63,993 bases of DNA from Octopus bimaculoides (Eukaryota): assembly GCF_001194135.2 (NCBI RefSeq), contig NC_068982.1, forward strand, positions 29,539,072-29,603,064. Direction: 5' to 3'. Both the position numbers and the translations under genes were made by a program. Shown one piece after another: positions 1 to 13,127 of this stretch. The notes under the pieces were generated by a model that was not told where the DNA came from, did not search any database, and saw only the letters and a program-made list of their open reading frames with translations. Within the stretch, counting starts at the first letter, position 1. Every line of letters begins with the position of its first letter.

Positions 1-2728
1 CATTTATTTTATACATATATTAGTGCTTTCGTTCGTCTTTCTAACTTGTCAAATATAATTCTGTGAAAATACAGAGATCTAGCTTATTTATATAAAAACA
101 GGTGTTTTGGGGGATTTTGTTTATAACAGAACATTGTTTTGTTTTTTTGTTTTTTGGGTTGAGGCTTTGGAGACAATGGAAGATGTATAAGCAGATAGAT
201 AGATATATAGGCAGATAGAGAGATAGATAGATAGACTGATAGTCAGACAGATAGAGAGATGGATGTGTGTGTGTGTATGTACATAAGTATGTATGTATGT
301 GTATGCGTGAGAGTGTGTGTGTGTGCACATAAGCAAGGTCACCTGGAAGCCACAAGTACCCTGTATGAGTGAAGAGGAATGGGTCAACCAGGAATGAAAC
401 CTGCACCACAGATCCCACTTGCCAAGAGTTTAACAGCATTTGTGCACTTATTAACATGCATACATATGTGCATAATTGCAACGAACTTCAGAAAGCTTTT
501 CCACTGAGTATGAATAGTTATAGCGTGACATATGCACCATGTTGATAATGCAATATTTATTCCCAATTTTATAAGCTGGAGTTTATTGAATTATATTTAG
601 AAAAGAAAAATACACATCAATCGTTCTTTGTGATGTTAAATGTTTGTAAAATTTTGAAAGCAAAAAATAAGAAAGCTCATTTTTTTATCTAGACTTTTGC
701 CAAAATATTAAAACATTGCCTTAATTATAGTTTATACTGTGTTTAGTGTTGGCAAAATATTTCAAGACCATTGAGATAACCAATTATTTTTGTTTGTGCC
801 ATCTTCTCTTCTCTTATGTGTATTTAATAGCTATAATAATTCAGATAATGTTATTCCAGTGGTATCTGCTGGAAAAGATCAATGTGTCTTCTCTCTTCAT
901 GTACAAATGGATGGCTCAAAAATCTAATTAAAATATGCATTCCTGTTAAATTACCTTGGTTTTTGTTGTTGTTATTGGTGTTTTTGCTGTTCAACCCCAA
1001 GTCAGCCCTGAATGAGCATACCTATGATCAAAAGTGCTCAAGCTGTGATCACCATGTTTTTATTTATAATGTGGTGTATCCCAGAACTACCATACCTTCT
1101 TCCTCCTGGAACACATTCTATACAGATACTAATGTCCTAAAATATGTGTCTTCCATATCAAAGAAGGTTCAGATTTTGTTGGAATTTTCGCTGCTACTTT
1201 GTGCAAGACATGTGACTACAGAAACTCTATGGTGGTTTAGTTTTCTGAGAAGGTCAAAAGCAATGGACGAGAAAAAGTACGTATAAATTGTGCTATCAGC
1301 TAATACTTAAAAATAGACAAAACAAATTGAACATAAAGTAAGACACTGAGTTCTGATCTTATAAATGGGTCAATAAACAATGCACATATGCTTTAAATTC
1401 ATTTTTGCTTTTAATTTTGTGATAATATAATATTATAAAATGGACATTTTGTAGTATCTAAGTATATATATTATATATCATAGTATTTAAGATATCAAAG
1501 AATAAAAACGAAAAGGAACATAATAGCATGTGTGCATGTGCATGTGTGTGTTTTAAATGGCCATCAAGTAAATGTTTTAGTTTCAAAACACAATCTCAAC
1601 TTTAGTCACTTTCCAAGCAAATACATCACCAAAATTTGTCAGTTCTTTTCAAAACCTAAGAACTATTAGAAAGAATTTGTTCTGTACAGCAAACGAACAG
1701 AATTAAACATGGAATAATAGCTATAAGCCATTTACTATGATCATAATTGCAAAGATTCTTCTAAAGAAAGAATTAAATTGTGATGTAGCAGGGTAAGGAA
1801 ATATTTTCAAGAAAACTAGGTAATTGATCTGATTTCTTTTATATAGCTGTGCCAAAGAAGTATGACTGCATACTATCACTTACAATATCAAATTCTCTTA
1901 AGGTGACTTGGATACAAAATATATGAAAAGTGCTATAGAGCTGAGTTTATTCTAAAAGCTGAACAGGAAGAGAACAAGATGAAAAGCAAATAATTTCAGT
2001 AGAAGTAAAGAAAATAAGGAAAGTAAAGAAAGTGTTAGTCAGAATGTTAAGAAAAGATAAAATATAATGAAAAAATAATAACAAAAACAAAAAAAATGGT
2101 GTACTGGTGACCTAATTTGATGAAAGTTAAATATCAGAAATGTGAAAAAACTTGTATGTATGTTATAGAGACATTTATATCAATGAAACTATGAAACTTA
2201 CCTCCAAAACATGAATTAACTGAATGAAGTAGTTAAAGAATAAATAATGAAAACGATTTTTTATTGTATATATATATATATATATNNNNNNNNNNNNNNN
2301 NNNNNNNNNNNNNNNNNNNNNNNNNNNNNNNNNNNNNNNNNNNNNNNNNNNNNNNNNNNNNNNNNNNNNNNNNNNNNNGATCTACTCGTACACTGTTGTT
2401 CCCATATATCCATACATGTATGTATGTATGTATGTATGTATGTGTCTATATATGTATATGTATGTGTGTGTATATATATACATATATATACACACAAGTA
2501 TATATTTAAATGAATTGATTCAATAATGTGTGTTAGTGTTACTTATTATTTCATTGATCTCCAGTATTCAAAAAATAAATCTCACTTGAATTGGAACAGG
2601 CACACAGGAAGGAACTAAATATTGCAATGGATTTAGGGTAAGCTCATGAATCTGAAGAGATTGGTAAGGGTCCTTCACTAGGTTTTACTGTTACCATCAA
2701 CATTAATATGATATAAATCAAGAATAAT

Positions 2729-2951
2729 TTAACCCTTCAATATTCAGGTTTACTCTGTCAGCTATAATGCTTATTTATTCACATGGTTTTCAATTAATCT
2801 GTTTTGTGATTGAGATTTTTTAATGATGAGACTGTTTATTTTCAAAATGATATTGTAGAGTAGGTGTGAGAAGTCAGATCTAGCTGATTTGAGCATAAAA
2901 CAAGTAGACTGTTGTGGCCTGATATGGCTGATTTAAATGCTAATGGGTTAA
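2729..2951. mobile_element. piggyBac-type MITE (TTAA-CCCTT...AAGGG-TTAA), copy 1
   Basis: Begins TTAACCCTTCAATATT and ends AATGCTAATGGGTTAA. The interior aligns by eye with the copies at 26514 and 46997. A TTAA target and CCC/GGG ends are the piggyBac signature. Confidence 0.8.
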
Positions 2952-3894
2952 GGGAGTGAAAAAGTATAAAATGAAGTTTTAGTACTGCATCATTTCTCAT
3001 AGCTTTTACCTCAACAACATGAAAAATATAAAAAAAATTACCCTTTTTATTATCAAAAATACTAATTTGAAATAAGTTTACAAGCTACTAAGTTGTTTGT
3101 GAAGACTTTCTATTCAAGATTGATTACTTTCCAGTGACTGATAAAGAAAATTCTTTTGGAATTGAACAAGAAAATTGATATATTNNNNNNNNNNGAAATA
3201 ACCAGGAACTGATTTATACGGAATTTTTGTACACTCTTTTTAGAAAAATCAAATGTTTCTGTATTATGGAGGAGGGGGTGGAGAAGTTACTTTTTTTTTT
3301 TCCTGAACAAAATAGTTTATGATGATGAAAAGAATAAAGAGCAGCCGAGCGGATTTTGACTGAATATAAAGATACGTGATCTAAAAATGTGTTAAAAAAA
3401 AGAAGAAAAATACCACCCAATAAAAGTAGACCTTTAATACTTTGAAATCAATAAATTAATCAGCTATTAAATATTGATGAACAAAATACATTAGAGATAG
3501 AGTTTATATAGTTAACATGTGTATTTCTTTAAACTATAAAATCATTGAAAGTCAAAACAGTAACTATGTTGATTCCAATGAATGGTGGTGGTATTATTTG
3601 ATTTCTATTCCATTCTCATGTGCAAGGTTAGTGAGGACAGGTTAGGAAGTTCAGATATCTCTTTGAATGACCATTCTTGAAATGAAGTGGAAATTATATC
3701 CATTTTCTTGCTTGATAAAAGGAGATGGAAGTTATCTTTACCCTAAGACTGCCTTTTGCTTCATAATTCCTTTATCTAACACTTTTTCAAATTAAATATA
3801 TAGAATACTCTATATTATGTTAGATATTGATAGCTAGATCTCTTCCTAACTGACTTGTGATAATGATGATGATGATGACAGCAACAACAGCAGC

Positions 3895-3946
<52 letters not shown>

Positions 3947-3960
3947 TTAATATTAATAAT
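3895..3960. repeat. (AAT)n microsatellite
   Basis: Direct reading; it abuts the tail of a SINE-B copy. Confidence 0.95.
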
Positions 3961-4438
3961 GGTTTCAAATTTTCACATAGTGCCAGAAATTTCGGGGGAA
4001 GGGGTAGTTTGATTACATGGACCCCAGTGCTCAACTGGTAGTTATTTTATCAACCCAAAAGGATGAAAGACAAAGTCAATCATAGCAGAATTTGAACTCA
4101 GAACATAAAAACAGATGAACTGCTGTTAAGCATTTTACCTGGTATACTAATGGTTCTGCTAACTCACTACCATAATAATGTTGATAATGGTTTCAAATCT
4201 TGCCACAAGGGCAGCAATTTTGGGGGAGGGGATGAAAGGCAAAGGATGAAAGGCAAAGTCAACCTTGGTAGAATTTGAACTCAGAAAGGAGTGACAGGCA
4301 AAATATCGCTAAGCATTTCATCCAGCTGGCTAATGACTCTGCCAGCTCACTACCTCAATAATAATGATGGTAATAATAATAATAATAGTAATAATAATAG
4401 TAATAGTAATAGTAATAATAATAATGATAATAATAATG

Positions 4439-4484
<46 letters not shown>

Positions 4485-4965
4485 TAATAATAATTCTTCC
4501 TACTATAGGCACAAGGAGTGAAATTTTGGGGGAGAGGGCTAGTCAATTACATTGGCCCCATTTCTCAGCTGGTACTTATTTCATTGATCCTTGGAAGATA
4601 AAAAGCAAAGTTGACCATGGTTAAATTTTGAGCTCAATGCACAAGGCCTCAAATTTTTATGAGGGGCCAGTCAATTACATTGACCTTAGTATTCAGTTGG
4701 TATATATTTTATCATCCCAGTAGAATGTGAACTCAGAATGTGAAGCTGGACAAAAGGCTGCTTACTGTTTCATCATGTGTGCTAACTCATTTCTTTATTG
4801 CCCACAAGGGGCTAAACATAGAGGGGACAAACAAGGGCAGACAAAGAGATTAAGTCGATTACATCGACCCCAGTGCGTAACTGGTACTTAATTTATCGAC
4901 CCCGAAAGGATGAAAGGCAAAGTTGACCTCGGCGGAATTTGAACTCAGAATGTAACGGCAGAGGT
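3958..4965 (-). mobile_element. Cluster of about five SINE-B copies or fragments in the same orientation
   Basis: The motif GGATGAAAGGCAAAGTC-ACC---G-GGAATTTGAACTCAGAA recurs at about 4060, 4245, 4600, 4720 and 4905. An (AAT)n tract at 4365-4492 lies between copies. Confidence 0.85.
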
Positions 4966-5959
4966 ATCTAATTCCAAAATTTTATTTCTAAATACAACAG
5001 ATTTACTGAGTGATAAATATATTATTTGACAACAACAGAAAACATAATTCTGGCATGGAAGAAGACATGGACAGAAGAAAGAAGTGTTTGGGATCAGATC
5101 TGATGACATTGGATCTCACAAGCAAGATGATACAAGATTAAGAGGTGTGATCATGTTGCCACACTGAAGATTTAACCAATCCAAGCTAGCATGGAAAAGC
5201 TATTAAAAGAATTGTGCTGATGGAGGTAGTGGTGGAGGTGGTGCAGTTGGAGAGGTGGCAGCAACAATGATGGGGATGACGATGGGCAAGGGAATCGAGA
5301 ATGTCCATGTCATGCGCTATTAAAGTTGCGTTTATAAAAGAATTAAAGGAATGGGAATGACTAGTTAACATGTTTAATTTAACTGTTTCAAATTAACAAC
5401 TAAAAGGAACAAGAGATGGGAAAGATATTGCTGATGGACGTAGTTCTAACAAATGAAAATTATGTAAATGGTATTAAAATAATATCCCTAGAGGTGGAAA
5501 AACATTTCATGCAAAAAAAATAGGAAGGTTTGCTGGGTGGGTATATTTTGGAAACAATATAAAAATAGCATGTTCAGAGAAACTGCAATTGTTGTATTCC
5601 TTAGAGAAGAGTCAAAATAAAGGGCAAGTACTGGCTATAAGATATTCGCAGGCAAAAGTGTAGAAGGTGTAGGTCAAGAAAGGCAATGTTCCTTGCTCAA
5701 GGAATTGATCTAAAACAGGGTAAATAGGAATATGATATACCATTGTTTTGGCACAAAGAAAAAGGCCTGAAGTATTTTGGTACAGACGTTTTGATGCTAT
5801 CTATTTAATGTCACTGATTCTTGTCAGGTATGGGGCATGTGCTCTTGCAGCATGTTGCATCAACCATAACTGCTTGGTTAATCACAGATAGGTGGTGTCC
5901 CTGTCACTTTTCCCCTTCATAAGATACTTCCTCCTCTTCTTTGAACATGATGCATGTGG

Positions 5960-6190
5960 CTGACTAACACAAGGCATTACCCCAGCTAGATCCTAAGAGA
6001 AGAGATGACAATATGCAAGATCCGATTCATAAAATTGAGCAACATGACCAAGCAGTCGAAGTTGAAGCTCCTGAATCATACAAGCAACAGAATGCATCCC
6101 AGTTTCTGAGAATAGTTGATGGTTGGATATGAAATCCACCCAATGGGTAGCCCAGAATCCTTTGAAGCATCCTGGTATTGCTTCAATGCT
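5960..6190 (-). mobile_element. Decayed RTE-clade LINE, RT C-terminal fragment
   Basis: Minus-strand translation with one frameshift gives RILGY/HWVDFISNHQLFSETGMHSVACMIQELQLRLLGHVAQFYESDLAY. This matches the RTE pattern RILG..W.D.VSN......RQLRL.GHVAR. Confidence 0.8.
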
Positions 6191-6674
6191 GACTCATTTA
6201 ACACTAGGCAATAAAATATTATTTGCTCATGCAGTAGGAATAGCAAGCCAGTGACTTCACAATTACTGGAAGTCTTAAACTACTTGGCTATGCCTATACC
6301 AATAGAAAAGATTGATAAAAAAAATTTCAGATCCTCCAATGGCTGAAATGCTTTGGGTACAATTTGATTTAACTTGACTAAAGATTCTTTCTAATTCTTT
6401 CTATCTAGGACTGCATCTTTCTGGAACTCATTTTCAGTCTCATTTCCCAACTAATAACATTAAGCAACAGAAGACAGAGAGTTCAGATATACTTACACAG
6501 TTAATATTGTAATTATTAAACATAATTTCCAACTATATAACCAACTAATTGGAGACAAATTTAATTTGCCAATATTTCTGTTACTCAATGCAAATAAATC
6601 ATTGCTTCAGCTTATATTTACTTGGCAATTTATTTGCTAATAGTTTCAGAAAATATGAGGAGACAACACTTTAG

Positions 6675-6707
6675 TTGATGAGTCCTTAAGAAGAGGTGAA
6701 ATGTGTC
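6675..6707 (+). ncRNA. Degenerate minimal hammerhead-like motif (PLE type)
   Basis: TTGATGA-GTCC...GGT-GAAA-TGTGTC. GAAATGTGTC is what the classic GAAACGCGTC becomes after two CpG decays. C3 is mutated and stem II is poor. Confidence 0.4.
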
Positions 6708-6991
6708 CAGTCTTGTTTTTATACACTTGATGAAAAATATGTTAGTCATCGGCTAATGTTGTTTCTATTTTATTGTATATCTGAATATACTTTAGCATTT
6801 TTTTTTTAATGTTCTAATCCCTAAATATGCTTCCACTAACATAACCACCTAATTATCTTGGGGATGGCATCACAGAAACATTTAATTTACCAGTATTTCT
6901 CTTACTCTATGTCAATAAATGTACAATTTATTATGTTTACTTGGCAGTAATTTGCTAATACGTTGGCAAATTACTGTAAGGATACACTTTG

Positions 6992-7022
6992 CTGATGAGC
7001 CTTTAAACAAAAAGCAAAACAT
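6992..7022 (+). ncRNA. Degenerate hammerhead-like motif
   Basis: CTGATGA-GCC...AGC-AAAAC at the position equivalent to the 6675 motif. G12 is lost. Confidence 0.3.
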
Positions 7023-7188
7023 TAAATATGTGTTTACCAATTTGTTTGCATGTATTGATTTTAGCAAGCTGAGAAGGCATGAAGGGAGTCAGAAAAATAA
7101 TTTTCTTCCCCAGATTAACTAACGAAAAATTATATATTCAGCATACATGAACATTAAATGTGTAAACAAAGCTATATATATATGTATG

Positions 7189-7244
<56 letters not shown>

Positions 7245-7251
<7 letters not shown>

Positions 7252-7462
7252 TCATCGTTTAACGTCCGCTTTCCATGCTAGCATGAGTTGGACGATTTGA
7301 CTGAGGACTGGTGAACCAGATGGCTGCACCAGGCTCCAATCTGATCTGGCAGAGTTTCTACAGCTGGATGCTCTTCCTAATGCCAACCACTCCAAGAGTG
7401 CAGTGGGTGCTTTTACGTGCCACTGGCACAAAGGCCAGTCAGGCAGTACTGGCAATGGCCAC
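7245..7462 (-). mobile_element. RTE LINE 3' end (family D) with (GAT)n tail
   Basis: CATCATCGTTTAACGTCCGCTTTCCATGCTAGCATG...GGATGC-CTTCCTAA-GCCAACC, matching the copies at 18688, 39430, 49745 and 58655. Confidence 0.9.
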
Positions 7463-7488
7463 ATAAATAAATTAATTTACAAAGGTAT

Positions 7489-7535
7489 CGTGAGGAAGCT
7501 AAGGCATATTATGCCAATGCAGAAACTAGTCCACG
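7489..7535 (+). ncRNA. Hammerhead-like motif lacking C3-U4-G5
   Basis: Stem I is CGTG (7489-92) with CACG (7532-35). An inner hairpin GGCA/TGCC is followed by GAAA-C-TA-G-TC, with palindromic ACTAGT and a GUC site. The 5' core reads only AGGA. Confidence 0.45.
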
Positions 7536-7769
7536 TAAATCCAAATATTTAAATGTATGTAAGTAGATTGTCTTAATCAAATTTGCCTTCGTTTGATTTC
7601 TGTAGTAATCACCAGTGTATTTTTTGGTGATTTAATAACAAGTTTTGACTGTTATTTCAAGCAGGTAGACATACATAGAATTAGTTACATCCAGGACCAT
7701 ATGCATAAATGATATAATATTGTTTGAGGGTTAGAAGCCATGTATGTGTACGTATATATTTATATATAT

Positions 7770-7885
7770 ACAACAGGTTTTTGCATGGTCTACCAGTTTT
7801 GCTTGCTAATCATTGTGGTCCGGGCAAGGCTGCAGTGGAAGATACTTGACAAAATGTCGTGCATTTATGGGACTCAGCTCATACC
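7770..7885 (-). mobile_element. Diverged SINE-A 5' half
   Basis: Aligns loosely to 16175-16290 (GGTCCGGGCAAGGCTGCAGTGGAAGATACTTG). Confidence 0.6.
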
Positions 7886-7915
7886 TCAGAACGGCAACAA
7901 CATTGGCAAAAAGCC

Positions 7916-7953
7916 CCGATGAAGGCTGGAGGGTATATCAGCCGAAATGTGTT
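7916..7953 (+). ncRNA. Hammerhead-like motif in a probable Penelope-like terminal fragment (~7890-8010)
   Basis: CCGATGA-A-GGCTG(gagggtatat)CAGCC-GAAA-TGTGTT has a perfect 5-bp stem II. U4 is changed to C and no cis stem I is visible. Confidence 0.4.
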
Positions 7954-9073
7954 AACAACAAACAAGATGAGGACAAATATCCTTCAAATGTAAATAATGT
8001 AAATAATGTTCAATTTTGATGTTCTTTAGAGCCCAAAATTTGTATGTCTTTTAGTGGATGTAAGGATTTATTCTTGAAACCCTACATATTACTATTACTT
8101 ATTCTATAGGCCTAACCACATGGAAATCAAAACTCTCTTTGACATAATTTGTATTCAAAACATATTTTTACTGACTGCAGTAAATTGTCTGCAATTGTTT
8201 TTTTATTTGTGTTCCAGATTGATCAACAACAACAATGACAGCAATAATAATAATTCTCTGCTGTCTTTCTTTTCTTTCTGTTTTTTTATGTATTTGTTCG
8301 TGTATTATTTATTTGTAAATTCTAATAATTATCCTATTATGAACCTTTTTATATGTCTTTGAAATCTGACAATTACTTCAATTTTATGTCAATTGTAATC
8401 TTAGCATAATACTTTAGCCTAATATTCACTGTTTCCCAAGTTAAATGCCTGTATCCCTTCTATTTACCGCGATCATTCCTGCTACCGCAACCACCAACTA
8501 TATAAACAAAAATAGAACAAAAGAAAAAAAGAATTGCTATCTCTATAAATAGAAAAAATATAATTCCTGACCAATTTTTAAAAATATTTTTTTGTCATTC
8601 TTCACAATTATTTCTTTTCCATAAATTTTACTCCTAAAAAATTTCACTTTCTCTACATTAAAAGAAAATAACAATGAAAAATGAAACATATGAAAAAACA
8701 TTAATATATTAATATTAGTAATACTACTAATAATAGAACTTCACTTTAGATCTGATTCCTTTTGTTGGTTTTTTTTTGTTTTTTTTTCACTACTGCAATC
8801 TCTGAGAAATAGGCAAAATATAATCGTTAATCACTGGACTCCAATAAAAGAGAACAAAATATGACGAGGTGGGTGAGTTAAAAATTGTTTTGTATGAGAG
8901 GAAGCGATTTTCATAGATTAACTCAATAAAGAATTTTATTATTTCCGTTATTAGGATTGTAATTAGAATAATTGCAGATTATTATTCATTCAAACAATGT
9001 AACATTCGTTATCAGAATTATGTTTTTTGCTTTCTTTACATGTTTTTCTGTATTTTTCTGAGTTGATTCATGC

Positions 9074-9076
<3 letters not shown>

Positions 9077-9150
<74 letters not shown>
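9077..9150. repeat. (TA)n microsatellite (representative; dozens more across the window)
   Basis: Direct reading. Confidence 0.95.
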
Positions 9151-9155
<5 letters not shown>

Positions 9156-9483
9156 ATGATGTATATAAGTATGTATGTATGTATTAGTCTGCATATTTTG
9201 ACAAGAAATTGTATAAATATGCTAATATATCCTAAACACAGTCCATTCAGAAATAATGTGTGTTAATTCGACTCTTAATCACTTAAGTAAATCACTAACA
9301 TTGCCTGTTATTTTACAATCTTGAATACACCGCAATTTCTTTAAATGAGAAAATAAGTGCAATTTCTATTATTCTTTTTCTTTTCTTTTTATTTTTCACA
9401 ATCAAATTTAGTAATTTACTTGATCAGGATTCTAAACTGTGCTTTTTAATCACAGATCAACTTAATCAAAGATAACCCTGGAT

Positions 9484-9704
9484 TATGAAGGTGTGCTGAA
9501 ATGTTTCTAGTTTTGGGTAAGAGAAAGTACAGGAGGATCAGTGAATTATGATTTTATTCAACACATTCCCCTCTCAGATTCACACACTTATTGTAGCAGT
9601 CCTTCAGTTTTTCTAAGCTCTGTAAAAGAACTCAAAAGGCTGGGCTTCCAACCAGGCCTTTCATGACACCCTTATAGCCGGGGACTTTTCAACACCTCCT
9701 CATA
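9484..9704 (-). mobile_element. mariner-derived MITE
   Basis: Has TA ends and degenerate TIRs (TATGAAGGTGTGCTGAAATGTT / ACTTTTCAACACCTCCTCATA). The minus strand retains a decayed mariner C-terminus (AWLEAQP.EFFY...LEKLKD..NKCVNLRG..VE*). Confidence 0.75.
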
Positions 9705-10396
9705 TACAACAACAATGAGAAGATGTTACAGCAAAGCATATCTAAGAAGGACACATTCAATAACGTGTCCTTCCAGTTTTAGCATAATTTTTGTGAGATT
9801 TGACTGCTATTTTTAACACATCAATCACCAACATAGAAAAATCATGGGCAAACTACAGTCCATGGGACTTACTAAACTGCACACATAACACAAGTTATCT
9901 TGAATTTTTCCAGTAGTACAACTCTCCTGATGGTGAGTCATGTCTCATGCAGCCCACTTTTTGAAAAGGTTGACTATGCCTGACATAGAAACTCACAAGA
10001 AAGTTGTATTTCTAGGTGAGACCTGCAATTAGAACTGTATCTAACAAAACTAGTTTACCGTCACTCAGTTGACATTATTTTAGCAAATATACATGTTGTC
10101 TACAGAGAATGTCGGAGAATCAGCAGAGCAAGTAATTTTCATGGTTGGATTCTTTGTGTAACATATGTCATTCAACTGTGAAATGCGAGTAAGTTCCATT
10201 AACAAAAATGCCAATTGAAATAAGCAGTTTAATGTATATTTCTCAGGGTTTAGAACTCAATGCCTGTAGCAAGATTTGAACCCTGACTGTTGCAATCAGT
10301 AATTCTTCATCTTCCCTTACATTCATTATCACTTGTATTCTTTCTTCCATTTTCTCTCTCTCTCTCTCAGCTCGTATATGTGTCATAAGTGTGTTA

Positions 10397-10840
10397 AGCA
10401 CAGGTGTGGCTGTGTGGTAAGAAGCTTCCTTCCCAACCACATGGTTCACGGTTCAGTCCCACTGTATGGCACTTTGGGCAAGTGTCTTCTACTATAGCCT
10501 CGGGCTGACCAAAGCCTCGTGAGTGGATTTGGTAGATGGAAACGGAAAGAAGCCCATCATACATATATATATGTATGTACGATGGACTTTATTTATATAT
10601 ATGTCATATATATTATATATGTATGTATGCATATATTTGTGTGTCTGTGTTTGTCTCCACACCATCACTTGACAGCCGGTGTTGGTATATTTACGTCCCT
10701 GTAACTTAGCGGTTCAGCAAAAGTCACCGATAGAATAAGTACTAGGCTTACAAAGAATAAGTCCTTGGGGTCAGTTTGTTTGACTTAAGGTGGTGCTCTG
10801 GCATGACTGCAGTCAAATGACTGAATCAAGCAAAAGAATA
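10397..10840 (+). mobile_element. SINE-A, full length, tRNA-derived, with internal microsatellite
   Basis: A-box-like TGGCTGTGTGGT and B-box-like GGTTCAGTCCC, followed by GGGCAAGTGTCTTCTACTATAGCC, an internal TA/TG tract and the 3' end GCAGTCAAATGACTGAA-CAAG-AAAAGA. Confidence 0.9.
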
Positions 10841-10855
10841 TATATACATATATAA

Positions 10856-10905
<50 letters not shown>

Positions 10906-11187
10906 GTATGCATATATGTATAGATAAATAGATAAATAGATAGATAGATAGATAGATAGATATACATATAGTTTCAGGTAAGAGATATCATATCATATCA
11001 CACAGATCTGGAGGCACAAGTAAGAGAAATCATTGACAGAAGTTTCTTCAGCACAGTTCAAACATGGTAATTTCAAATAAGCCAACAAACACACACATGT
11101 GCACACACACATGTGCGCGCACGCACACACACATGCACACATTCACACACACATACACACACATATGTATGTATGTATGTATGTATG

Positions 11188-11343
11188 TAACGAGGTCCTT
11201 TTTCAATTTCCATCTGCCAGTTTCACTCAGAAGATTTTGGTCAGTCCAGAGTTATAGTAGGAGACACTTGCCCAAGGTTCTGCACAGTGAGAGTGAACTC
11301 AGAACCATGGAGTTGTGAAGCAAACTTCTTAACACACAGCCAT
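11188..11343 (-). mobile_element. SINE-A 5' half
   Basis: TATAGTAGGAGACACTTGCCCAAGG...GAACTCAGAACCATG...AACACACAGCCA. Confidence 0.8.
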
Positions 11344-12169
11344 TGGTAAGTATTAGCTGTGAGAGGATATTGTAAGAATGTAAACACATTACTTCTACGT
11401 TTTTGACTTGCAGAATAAAGAACAAGGAAGATTTCTAACAAATGGCTGAGGGCTATATATGAATATATATATATATATGTGTGTGTATGTGTGCGTGTGC
11501 GTGTATGTGCATGCATGTGTTTATATGTGTGTGAGTGTGATCAGGCATGTACAAGGTTGCTGGAAATGGAATCAGGATCAACAATAATTTCACAGAGGAA
11601 TCTGTTGCTCAGAAGAATATTCATCATGATTTTCTCCTTAGCGTTTCACTTTGTTATTGATTTTTAGGTTATGTGGTATTTATAAAAGTTCAGGAAACGT
11701 TATACAACAGCAAACCGATTCACATTTTCAACCGCCAAAGAACTGCATCGCTTTGAAATTTTGACTTGTGTCAAAATGTCTTGAGGTCAAACAAAGTCAA
11801 GACTGCAATACAAACAAGTTTGTAGAAGAGCTCACAAAGAAACTAGGAATAGGGGTAAAATGATCATGTTTAAGTACAGCAACAGAAGAGAAGGACATTG
11901 AGTATTATGTAATTTATATAGAAAATCTATTGTGGCATCTCTAATTGACTGACTTCAAATCAAAATGTTTGGTGCATCAAATGCACTGAAGTAGCAACTG
12001 AGATGATTTGTCTTCAAGAGAAATCTAAAAACTGCTGAAGTGGCTTGTTAGAAGAAATAAAATATGCATATGGTTTTTATTTAAAATATAAACCAATAAA
12101 CCAGCACTAGAGATACAGCTAGTGCTAGTGATAGCACTTGCTAGTGTGTGATGATTGTGTAAGATATCA

Positions 12170-12300
12170 TAATTATCATCATCATCATTGTCATTCAATG
12201 TCCACTTTACCATGCTTACATGGGTCAGATGGAATTTGTTGAGGTAGATTTTTTGGAGGCTGGATGCCCTTCCTGTCACCATCCCTTGCCTGATGTCTAG
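12170..12300 (-). mobile_element. RTE-like 3' end, subfamily D2
   Basis: An (ATC)n tail followed by CATGGGTCAGATGGAATTTGTTGAG...GGATGCCCTTCC; similar to 15730 and 30270. Confidence 0.65.
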
Positions 12301-12367
12301 ATAATGGTACACACCTCCACCCCCGCCCACCACCACCACCATCACCACCACCACCACACACAAACGC

Positions 12368-12585
12368 GAAGGCATGTGGCTTAGTGGTCAGGGTATTCGG
12401 CTCATGATCATAAAGTCGTGAGTTCGATTCCTGGTGGTGTATTGCATCTTTGAGCAAGATGCTTTATTGCGCCAGTTCACTTAGCTGGCAAAAAATGAGT
12501 TGTATCTGTAAATTCAATGAGTCAGCCTCGTCATATTCTGTGTTACACGGAATATCCTTGAGAACTACATTAAGGGAGTGCATAC
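12368..12585 (+). mobile_element. SINE-C, 3' truncated
   Basis: A-box TGGCTTAGTGGTC and B-box GAGTTCGATTCC, then CTTTGAGCAAG...CACTTAGCTGGCAAAAAATGAGT; aligns with 37138. Confidence 0.85.
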
Positions 12586-12636
12586 ATACAAAAATATACA
12601 TATATGTACATACACATATATAAATATATGTATATA

Positions 12637-12678
<42 letters not shown>

Positions 12679-12709
12679 TATATGTTTATATGTACATATG
12701 TATATATAT

Positions 12710-12740
<31 letters not shown>

Positions 12741-12792
12741 CACACGCACATATATGTTTATATGTACATATGTATATATTTACATATATGCA

Positions 12793-12842
<50 letters not shown>

Positions 12843-13063
12843 NNNNNNNNNNNNNNNNNNNNNNNNNNNNNNNNNNNNNNNNNNNNNNNNNNNNNNNNNN
12901 NNNNNNNNNNNNNNNNNNNNNNNNNNNNNNNNNNNNNNNNNNNNNNNNNNNNNNNNNNNNNNNNNNNNNNNNNNNNNNNNNNNNNNNNNNNNNNNNNNNN
13001 NNNNNNNNNNNNNNNNNNNNNNNNNNNNNNNNNNNNNNNNNNNNNNNNNNNNNNNNNNNNNNN

Positions 13064-13127
<64 letters not shown>

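Larger units (their letters stand above)
6530..7035 (+). repeat. Diverged direct repeat (~6530-6710 and ~6835-7025); each unit ends in a hammerhead-like core
   Basis: Shared blocks are ATAACCA-CTAATT, TTTAATTT-CCA-TATTTCT-TTACTC-ATG, TTTACTTGGCA, TTTGCTAATA and ACACTTT-G-TGATGAG-CC. Confidence 0.7.

Noticed and set aside
882-1286. 134-aa ORF on the + strand
   Set aside because: No recognisable domain or splice structure was seen.
10106-10188. AG...GTAAGT-bounded 83-nt candidate exon
   Set aside because: It has stop codons in all three frames. A UTR exon cannot be excluded but has no support.
10397-10460. tRNA gene calls for SINE heads
   Set aside because: A and B boxes are present, but the sequences do not form a cloverleaf and continue into SINE bodies.
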